DNA from: Macrostomum hystrix
Taxonomy: Eukaryota > Animalia > Platyhelminthes
Length of the DNA stretch: 64,000 nt
Assembly: GCA_950097015.1 (NCBI GenBank)
Contig: CATNEN010000007.1
Span: 9,300,001-9,364,000 of the forward strand
Reading direction: 5' to 3'
The position numbers and the translations under genes were made by a program. Positions 50,218 to 60,500 of the stretch are shown here, in pieces. Numbering within the stretch: the stretch's first letter is position 1; the number at the start of each line of letters is the position of its first letter. Under the pieces are notes generated by a model, which saw only the letters and a list, made by a program, of their open reading frames with translations, made no database searches and had not been told where the DNA came from.

Positions 50218-53020
50218 CTGCCAGTCTTGTAAATAATCGAAGTATAAAACGCTGTGCGTTGCTCATTTTCTCTAGGGTGAAATATACTATATTATATACA
50301 ATTATATACTTTTTATACTATTTTAGTAAGATCTATCTGAAAAAAATAATCATAAAATGGGCAGTCAACAATCAGTAAGGGCCATAAATTGTCTTCAAGA
50401 GTACTTTATATCCTACTTCTGCTCCAGAAGAAAATATAATACTCTATCGAAAGTATGCATACATTTTCCATATCAGGCTTTTGTTTAGATTTGTGCCCTT
50501 CGTTGTCGTGACACATGGGCTAAATGGCAGGCCCAGAACCTGATCCCAGGCCCAGAGTGGACCTAGCCTGCATGATCTGCCTATACCAAACAGCGGCAGA
50601 GGTCGCCGTAATATATGAATGGCGCTGACAGCAGAAGGTTTTTTATATTTGGAAAACTAATAGCAGTAGTGATGCCTAGTACTTTCGCAAAAGTATAGAT
50701 ATATTTTCAAATACAGGTAAAAAGCAGTACATTTGCAAAAATAATAACTGTTCTGGTACATTTTCCAGGTGTTGTACTTTTGCGAAAGTACGAGTATTTA
50801 TGAGATTTTAAACGAAGGAAAAATGCCTTTTGCAAAAATGACGGTTTTGGTGCATAATAAGCTAAGGTTTGTGTTGTCTTTTCGCGAAAAATTATATATT
50901 CTTAAAAGAAGGTTCATGGCAGTACTTTAGCAAAAACATAACTGATGCCAGCTACATCTGCTATTCAACTTTCTCGAAATTATCCACGTTGACTTGTGTT
51001 CTCAACGAAGACAAGTGCGGTATATTTGCAAAAACATTGTTTAGTATCAAATAACTAAACTTAGTTTTTTGTTGATCAATATGACATCATGAGACAGCTG
51101 TGGTTATTATAACGGGAAATGATCTAGCTGTTCTCCAATTAATTCCAAGGCAGTTAAAGGCAGTTATTATGCTAGAGCCATGATAGACAAATACACTCGT
51201 ATACTGCTGGGTGGCATCGAGTAGCGAATTTCTCACCTGAACATACGGAATCCCAAAATTTGAATAGGGGGTGAGCAGGAATACTCTTACTGACTGATTG
51301 GGTGTGAAGGAAAACCATTCTGAAATATCACAGATACTAAAGTTACTATATATATTATATTGTTGGGCTTAATATAAATAATTAGCTACATGCGGTGATA
51401 GGCAAACAATTTCGTCACGAATATTGTGACATTATTTAATCTAATCGGTATCAGAACCATTAAATACGAAACCCATGGACAGACATTCGAGCTAATAACA
51501 CCGTAAATCAAATAGCTCAAAACTAATTTATTAGCTAGTACAGCGGTTTGTAAGTCTTTTTAGCTTTTTGTGCTTATCGATTGAAAATAGCCGTGCAGCA
51601 TTAAAAGAAAGTGGAATAGTTAAGGTTTTGCCTACTGCGCAATAATATTTAACGTATCTTTCTTTTTCTGAGAAATATGCAGATTGCACATGCAAATTAT
51701 GTTACTATGCAACATACTAATCACATTAGTGTAAATAGCATATTGTACTATAAATATTGCTGTTTCAGTATATTCATGATTTTTCTATTAATATTAGTCG
51801 TTTTCATAGTGGTAAACTTACCCAAATACCACATGATTTATCGACTTAAGAAAAAAGTTAAAATAAAGAAAAAAGTCACTGTTAAAATAGTGAGAGTTGT
51901 CTTTAAATTTAACTTGGTGTGAATTAGATTTCTATATGCTGTACAGTGTACCTGTACTGGCTGTAGCAATTTTACGTAGCTAGCTAGCCTAGAACATAAA
52001 GTTGTATGTTATTGTATTTTTTTGCCATGCAATTCAGCCATTAAAAGCATTTTTAGAGTCTGTCTATCCTGAACATATATATCAATATATATCTATCTAT
52101 ATATATAGGCCCTATATATATATATATAAAAAGCCTAATGAAAACCCAACTAAGAAATCCTGACTCACAACTATGTTTTAGGCATCAGATGCAAATCTTG
52201 CATCTTCTCAATTTTATTTAACAAATTTTATGCTAAAAGATATGTATATTTTTGGACCTGTGTACAATTTGCACCTACATTTTAGGGTTGTGTTTTCAAC
52301 AAAAAACTCTACACTGAGCTATTTATGGCTAGGTCTCCCTAATTAGCTGGGCCTACTAACAGCCAAACTAGTTAGTAGCACTAGCACTCTTTGTCCTCCA
52401 TATTTGTATAGTCATGTTGTTACTCAAATTTTATTCTCTACTCTTTAGATTCATTAGACTGTAACATAATGCTAGGTAGTTAGTTATACTTTGTAGCCAA
52501 TTATCTGAATCATATTTAAAGTGAATAGCTTTAATCCTGTTAAGACTTCAGGGGTTTCTAATCAACTTCAAAATTCACCTGCTGCAAAGTTTTCTTTTGT
52601 AAGTGGGTTGTTGACCTATTGTCTATTGTAGCTTCCTTGTAGGCCTACTAGTTATTTATATAGGTATATTTATTTTATTGCAATGAACTATGATATATCA
52701 CAAAATCTTATTGTCACATTTGTTATCTAAATAAAATTGATTCCACCCAAACCCCACTTAGTGTGGCATTCCCATATAATGTACTAGCTTTTTTTGCCCG
52801 TTGTTTTTGGGGCAGAAATTTAAAGCAAAGCAGTAAGCAATTCACGTCTCTGTATTAACTTTATAGTGAAGGTCACCATTTATTTATTTACTGCATTCAT
52901 GAAAAGTAAAGAGTTTGTTTAAGGGCGTTTTAAGTAAAAAATAAGTGAAAAGTTTGTCCAAACAGCCCCCTCTTGATTACTTCTTTAGAAACATGTCTCT
53001 TAGCCACTCCTCTATACAGT

Positions 53021-53293
53021 CAGTGGCAGATCCAGGAATTTTGTTTTGGGGCGGTCTGTCAGGGGAGCGCCATGAGAATCACAGAGGGGGTGCCAGCGAC
53101 CGAAAAAGGGCGCCAGGAGCCAAGAAAGGGCACCAGCGGCTGAAAAACGGGAGCCAGCGGCTGAAAAAGGGGTGCCAGCGGCCGAAAAGGGGCGCCAGTG
53201 CTGCGACTGGCACCCCTGGTGGGGGCATCTTATTCCCATGATTAAAATTTAGGGGGGCGACTGCCCCCCCCGCCCCCCCTAAATCTGCCTCTG
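53021..53293. mobile_element. hAT-type MITE with internal short repeats
   Basis: TIR CAGTGGCAGAT / ATCTGCCTCTG, with a perfect 8-bp TSD TATACAGT on both sides. Confidence 0.88.
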
Positions 53294-53724
53294 TATACAG
53301 TATGCATGTACACGCGTATACATAAGGAAAATAGCCATGGCATAACAATAACAATGTCAAAGAAACAAAATTAAACTGTTTCAGAGTTCAGAGTTAGACA
53401 GGTCAAGGTCAATTCGTGACTACTTTTCTATTAATTGCTTGCGAGTCACCTCAAGGCCTAGGGATACACCACATTCTTCGTTCTTCCCCTTGGTGCGAAA
53501 ATGAATAGGCCAGCTGGAGTTCCAACACGGGAGCAGGCGACATAAAGCTGCCCATGCGAGAAGCAAGGAGTCTCCAGGTTGATGCCAGCCACCTTCAGCG
53601 ACTGTCCCTGAGCCTTGAGCCTAAAGACAGAGTTTTCACTTTAGCTACAAAAAAGCCCTGCGCACTGGGACGCCACCGCACTCACCACACTCAGTCTCAG
53701 TGCTGCTTGGGGGCCAGTAGACAG

Positions 53725-54259
53725 TCTAGGGGTTTGGGCTGTGTACATTCACGGCTTGAAATACAATGTACAGTCTGGGGCTTCGGCGCCCGGGGAAGGG
53801 AGGGGGTGGCTGTAATAAAATTTGGCCCGCAGAGTGGCGGAGGGGAGTTGGGGTGGCTGTCCTCGGAAAACAAAAAGTGACTCACTTTGAGATGATGCAG
53901 CTTTGCTCTGGATTGAGTAGAGATGTTCAAAATTGACAGCATTGTTGGAAAACATGTAAAGTGTAAGTGGATCAAATTTGGAGAAAATCTGACAAAGTGG
54001 GGCGACGATATGTCGAATTGAGTGATTTTTTGACGATTTTTGAGCAGTTTTTTGCACTTTTGAGCAGGAAGGAAATGATTTTTCGGGAATTTGAGTAGCC
54101 TATTGCACTCAGCGTAGGTGGTTTTAGGTATGTGCAAAGTTTGGTGCGATTTGGTTGAGCGGTTTCGGCGTCTATAAAGACAAAAGGTTGCACACACACA
54201 CACACACACACACACAGACAGACAGACAGAGTTTTCACTTTTATATATATAGATATAGA
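53725..54259 (-). mobile_element. Possible non-autonomous Helitron-like element with (CTGT)/(GT) microsatellite
   Basis: The minus strand starts TCTATATATATAAAAG, followed by (CTGT)n(GT)n. The 3' CTAG/hairpin end is not clearly resolved. Confidence 0.35.
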
Positions 54260-54557
54260 TTGAACAGTGCTACAATTATCCCAACTAAGCACAATGCCAC
54301 ATTAGGTATGCTTTGCTCTACCCCAACTTCCAATTAGCCACTTGTGAACTCAGTGGGATACCTGTTGCAGGAGGTATAAAATCTGTTTAAAAAGAGATCT
54401 TACATCTCATTCACATCTCATTAAATGTATATTTGTATAGGTGCGCAGCCGATGAGATTAGAGCCACAGGTGTTAGGTGTGTAGCTGACATGCATTAGCA
54501 GATCGGTTTAGCAGGTGACAGACATTAGCTTTGTTAACCACTACACTTCACTTTAAG

Positions 54558-55923
54558 CTTATCGGCCGGTGCTTCTCAGCAGCGTTGGCACCAGGGCTGC
54601 CACAATCCGCAGCTGCCCGCCTGCTAAATACGAAAGTCCTTTACGACCATTACTCTCGTGAGTTCTCACCAACGCTAGCCCCTAACTACCGGCCCGAAGA
54701 AGCCTTGCTAGCTGAGCCCGAGGCCCTTGCGCGAAGCATCGATGCGCGCTGTGGCGGTACAGGCGACGGCGGCTGGTCAGCGATTCGAGCAACAAAGGAG
54801 TTGCTTGCAGAGGCGCGGGAAGCGGCGCGGCGGCTGCGCCAGTGCGAACCAGTCGACGGCGGGGAGGGACGTCCCGAGGCGAAGCGGCTGAAGGACGAAT
54901 ACAGGTGAGTAAGTGATTTCAGTGATTGGCAGATGTTGTAATCTTATCTAATTAGTTTTTAATGAAGTCTCTCTTCTCAATGTCTACTTCGCCAGGCACT
55001 TACACAATGCCTTCTGGGACCGGGCGCTCTCCCTACCCAATCGCCTGCATCCAAACGCGAATCAGGCCGGCCCGGCAACCGGCTTTTCCGTTGTCATGGA
55101 TACCGCAGCGACGCCGTCTCCATCAGGACTGCGCCGCATCTGGCTATCCGGCCGTCGGCTCGAATTCATTGAAGAGGCCGGTCTGAGGCTGCAAACTCGC
55201 GCCGCGAACTCTTTGGCCGAGCTAATCGCCAACTCCGTCAACTGTGACGGCCACGGCTGGCTGCCGAACCGCGGTCCCGACTGGGTCACCGCCCCGGTGC
55301 TGGCTGCTTGCGGCTGGCCGGAGTCCGACGCCATCGGCCTGCCGGCCGACAAGCGCGACACCGCCGACTCCACGGCAGAAAATCCGCACCTGCGCCTCTT
55401 CCTCGTCGGCGCTGCCTCCCTACCGGCTATGGCCGCCCAGCTGGGCCGCCGGCAGGCCGCCACCACCAGCCTGCCGCTCCGGCTGGTCTGCCGTGGCCGC
55501 CTGCACTCTCCGGGCCGCCAGTCGGCGGAGGCGCTGTCGCTGCTGCACGCCTCCGCCTCGTCGGCAGCCTGCGACGCTGGCTTCGTCGAAGCAGTCGGCC
55601 TTGCCGCGGCTGCTTGGCGCCGTCTGGCCACGGAGCTGCCGCTGTCACCGCCTCGCCGGTTGCGAATTGTCGCCCGCATCATTCCGCCCCAGCACTTGCG
55701 GCTTGGCGAATCGCGCCGGATCGACTGGACGCTGGAGGAGGCGGACACCGCTGCCTCCGGTGGCACCAGTCAGACAGTAGCCAGCGTGGCCCAGCTGGAC
55801 GAGTTTGTTGGCCGTCGGCTTTTGTGCCTCGATCCGCGCGGCCGGCCTCTCAGCATTGTCCACGCCTGCCTGCTAGACTGTGGCGCCCTGCTGCGCGCAG
55901 TCTGGCCAGACGACGCTTCTTGA
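54558..55923 (+). CDS. Degenerate mitochondrial seryl-tRNA synthetase paralog (SLIMP-like); exons 54558-54904, 54996-55923; no genomic ATG before the presequence
   Basis: PTLAPNYRPEEALL..PEALARSIDAR, a coiled-coil arm, RALSLPNRLHP (SerRS LPNxxHP), LFLVGAASLPAMAA and LPLRLVCRGR. Motif 2 (FRxE/HQF) and motif 3 are lost. One phase-2 intron. Confidence 0.75.
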
Positions 55924-56309
55924 CTGACCTAACTTACTATCTTTACTTACTTAATTTACTTGCTTTTAATTGCTTTGATTTCTAAGTCCAAGAAAATGCT
56001 AATTGTGAGCTGATACTAAACGAATAAAATGTTTCTCTACTTTGTTGCACGTCTGGGGCGTCAGGAATGCTTTTCTGCATAGAGACTGAAACCAGAAACA
56101 TCGGAGTCCATTCATATGGCTAATTGACTGACCGTTGCTGTAGTGTTTCAATGTCGTGTCGAATGCTCTTTGTTGTGTTGTATGAAAGCCGCCACCCAAA
56201 ATGTAAAGCATTGACAGTTTCACATGTCCTCAAACGACAAAAAAGTAGCTTTGTCCTGCATTTGCATTTAAAGTGCATTGCGTCATTCGCAAGGTTTTCC
56301 AACCTTGGG

Positions 56310-56470
56310 TGATCAATGTTGCTACCTAGGGGGTTTTAGCCTTTAGGTGGTTAGGGGTTCGATTCCCGATTCCACAGGAGGTGGGTGGGTGTGGCGTCCA
56401 TGGACTGAATAGCATCGACTGCGCATCTGGCCCAATCGGGGCAGGTGTATTTATTTATTAACTATTATTA
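56310..56470 (+). mobile_element. Degenerate SINE family A copy
   Basis: GGGGTTCGATTCC box, GGGTGTGGCGTCCATGGACTGAA...CATCTGGCCCAATCGGGG, and a TTA-rich tail. Confidence 0.65.
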
Positions 56471-57562
56471 TTACTAGTATTATTATTGATATTATTATCA
56501 AACAACCCACCAGCACGTGAAAAGAAACAAAGTCAAGAATAGCGGCGAAATTGCAGCAATTACGGGCGAGAGTGCAATGGCAGTCGCGTACTATTATTGT
56601 GCTGAAGCTGCTGGCCTGCTGGGTCAGGCGCAGCAGAAGATAGAAAAACAAAAGTGCAAATAAAGTGCATAAGAATGGACATAACTGTGCTGGAAGAGAC
56701 AGCTAGAAAAAACAGAGTCATCTCGAATATATCAAAGAACAGGGAGCTCGATATTTTATCTGGAGTCCCTAAGAACGAACCCCGCAACGACTGTTTGCTT
56801 TGGTTGCTGCCCTACAAGGGTCAGTGCATGTTGTGTACTCAGCCGATAGTACGAGTACAGCTAACTCCCTAACTGCGCAATTGAAAACAGAGGGTTGACA
56901 AAAATGCGATTCGCAGATGCACACAGAAGCAGCAATCAACACTAAGCATGCGAGCCAATTCTCAGTGGGCAATGTTGCACTAAAAAGCAAGCGAATTATC
57001 TTGAGCTCCAATGCACCTGTACTCAGATAGACACTCTGGCAGTTAGAAACTGAGGCACGGAAACAAGCAGAAAATAAGCATAGAAAATTAGCATTCTGAA
57101 ATAGGTCAGTGAAGTAGCGAGCAGGTATGCAGTAGCAATTAACTAAAGCTTAAGAATTTTAAGTGCGAAGTAAGCAGAAATAATTTATTGAACTAAGGCT
57201 AATAAATAAATGGTCGATCAAAAAGCCGATTTGTAAACACAAAGCTACGTAACACAAAACTCGTAATCATTAGTCTCAGGCGTTAAGGAATTAATTTAGA
57301 GCAGCAGAATTGAGTGCCAATCGGAAGTTACCTAAGCATCCTGTTTGATGTCTACAAAAGAAGCAAATAGAAAAAGGTCGAAATCAGGAGAACTCGAGCA
57401 GCAATGCAAAAGAAGGCCAACAGTTTTCATTTCGCATAGCTGCAGAAACGCCAGCAGAAGCAGAAAGACAGCGCAAAGCCCATCGTAAGATTCAGTGATG
57501 TACACAATGACCCGAGCAGCCCTGTGACCTGAGATGAGCTTGACAGCCTGCGGACCACTCCC

Positions 57563-60500
57563 TTAGGAGAAGGCCACCCTCTGCTGCTGCTGCTGCTGCT
57601 GCTGCGGGTCAACAGCGGCAGCTCGGCCGGCCAGGCTGGCCAGGTAGGCTTCCACCCGGGCGCGGTCTTCCGGCGCCATCAAACCCACAGCGTGCACCAC
57701 CGTGTCCATGGCAACGCCAGGATTGTTGCCTAGCAACGAGTGCACCTGCCCTATCGCGTGATCACGTTGACACTGGGCGACAAGGCCGGCCAGGGCGCCG
57801 GACGATTGGCCGGATTCGAACTCGCACAGCTGGTCGGTTAGCCAATCAGCCACGGCTGCGTTGTCCGAGTCGTAATGGGCCGAGGCCGCCGTCGCCGACT
57901 GCGCGTCGAGGAACAGGCGACGCAGGGAGGACAGGCAAGCGGCGCGCGACTGGCCGGTTGGGGCCTGGAGCACTCGGAGGGCCCGCTCCTCTGCCAGGCG
58001 CCGGCGGAGGCGGTGATGAAAGAACCCGCGAGCGGAATCCCAGCGGATGATGGCCGAGATGCAGCCCTGGTGAATTTGTAGATTGCGTTGATACAGAAAT
58101 CATCGATCTTGATCGAGCTTTAGCTCAGTAGTCAAAGCTTTGAGAGGTCAGGAGTTCGACACCAAGCCCACTAATTAGGAAAACAGTAACTGCCTCCTTT
58201 AACAAAGCGGTCAGTTCCTTAAGTTCCTAAGTTAAATAGCATTAATTGTAGCAATAATTGCAGTATAGTGTTTGGATCCCAACGCAAAAATTTCCTCAAA
58301 CCCTGTGGTCGAATCGACCCGACACGAGTATAATTTCTCGACTCGATTAACAATCACCTTCTCCAGCATGCGGCCAGGCGTGTCGTGCAGGTCAGCAAAC
58401 CGGAGCGCCACCTGGGTGTAGGCCGGCAGCAGCTCCTTCTGCCTGGCTAGCAGGGCGCGCTCAGCCGCTCTGACAGCCTCGGCGTCGCCGCCTGAAGACA
58501 CTGTCTTAAGCAGCGCGACGCAGCGGTCGTCCAGCCGGTGCATCGTCTTGACCAGGTCCCGCTCCCTGTATCGAATCTCGATGGTGCCTTCGGGCTCCAG
58601 GACGCCACCGCGGCAGTCGGGCGCCGCGTACATCTCCATCATGTCTGGATTGATTGACGGGTCGATGACAACCCAGGCGCCGCCGCGCAGCTCGGCCTGG
58701 GGCGGAATGTACACCATCACGGGGCTCGGGTACTTGCACAGGGCGTCCACAATCATGGCGCCGAACTTCAGGATCTGCGGAGCGTTTGTCGGGGGGTGAA
58801 AAACCAGTCCAAACCTGCAGTCAGAGCCCTACAAACAGCTAAACAAGTCAATGCGAATTAGAACCCAGAGCCTGAGCAAGATGCCGCCTCACCTGGTCGT
58901 GCATGTCCTTCATGCCACCAGAGAAGCCTCTCCAGTTGGCGAACACCATCAGCGGGAGCCGCTCGCGACCGAAGTCGCGCATCGCTGCGGCAGTTTTAAA
59001 CGCGCTGTCCGGAAACCACACCTGGCCGGCCTGGGAGGTGGTCCGAGCGTCCGACTCCGGATTGGCCGGGTCAGCCGGCATCTGCACTTCCACTGCGCGA
59101 GTCTCCACCGCCACAGCGCCACAGGGGATGCCGCCAAGGCGGGCCCGGCCGCAGACCACGGTGGCGCCCCAGTGCTCGAGGATCTCGCTGAAGGAGCCTT
59201 CGTCAAAGAAGGCGCGCAGCATCAGGCGGGGATCGTACGGCAAGGGGCTGGGCTCGAATCCCACAGGCCGGTCCACGGGATCGGGCGGGTTGGCCACGTA
59301 GATGGGCAAGGCCGAGTCCACCGTGGCTGGAATGTAGGACAGCCACTTGAGCAGGGTGCGAACTCCGTCCAGGTCGCTGGAAACCACCTGGTGGCTGACA
59401 CCGTTGGTGCCCATTATCTGGGGACCGCCGAGCTGGTCGGAAGACGTGTACACCTGCACAGTAGGGTAGTGAATTATTAATGATGCGCGGCAATAAATGA
59501 TAGACATGCGGAATCCTGGGGATCAAGATAAACTCACCTCCCGGCCGAGCAGTTTATTAAGCGCCTGCGACCCGGTGAGGATAATGTGAGAATTGTCCCG
59601 CTGCACCACACGCTGGCCCAGCCGGACCACGTAGGCTCCGATGCCGATGGAGCGGCACGTGACGAGCGACATTGTCACCACTTCGTCGTAGGCGCGGGAC
59701 GTCTCGCCGGCGATGAGGCCGCTGCCACGCAGGTTCTCCACCCCGAGGCCGGCCTCCTTGCCATAGATATCCGAGAGGCGGTAGCGACTCTCGCCGGCCT
59801 CTTCAACTAGCTGGCAGGCCACGTAGGGTGACAGGCGCTTATAGTCCTCAGGAGTTAGGTACAAGTACCTGGCAAGAAAATTTGAGATGTGGCTGGTTGC
59901 TATGTAGATGCAGGCGCTAATTCAGGTAGTTGCTAAGCAGAAGTGGGTGGTTGCTTGGCGGATGTGAGTGGTTGTTCGGCGGATGTGGGTTGTTGCTTGG
60001 CGGATGTGGGTGGTTGCTTGGCGGATGTGGGTGGTTGTTTGGCGGATGTGGGTGGTTGTTCGGCGGATGTGGGTGGTTGCTTGTCGGATGTGAGTGGTTG
60101 TTCGGCGGATGTGGGTTGTTGCTTGACGGATGTGGGTGGTTGTTTGGCGGATGTGGGTGGTTGTTCGGCGGATGTGAGTGGTTGCTTGTCGGATGTGAGT
60201 GGTTGCTTGGCGGATGTGAGTGGTTGCTATGTAGATTCTAACAGTCAATAAACAAAGGCGATAGGTACGTAGATGAAACTCCGCTTACTTGACGCCAGCA
60301 TGAGGATCATTGGAGTCCTCCCAGGCCACGCGGAAATACCTTCGCACCTCCTCAGACAGGCCGATGCGGGCGCCGCTGTTGGCGGCCAGGTAGATCCGTG
60401 GCACCTTCAGCCGGCGGGCCAGCTCGGAGGCCCGGTGGTAGAGCTGGTCCTCCTTGACACCGAAGCTGCCCACCAGGTGGGTAATGTCATTGGCGATGAC

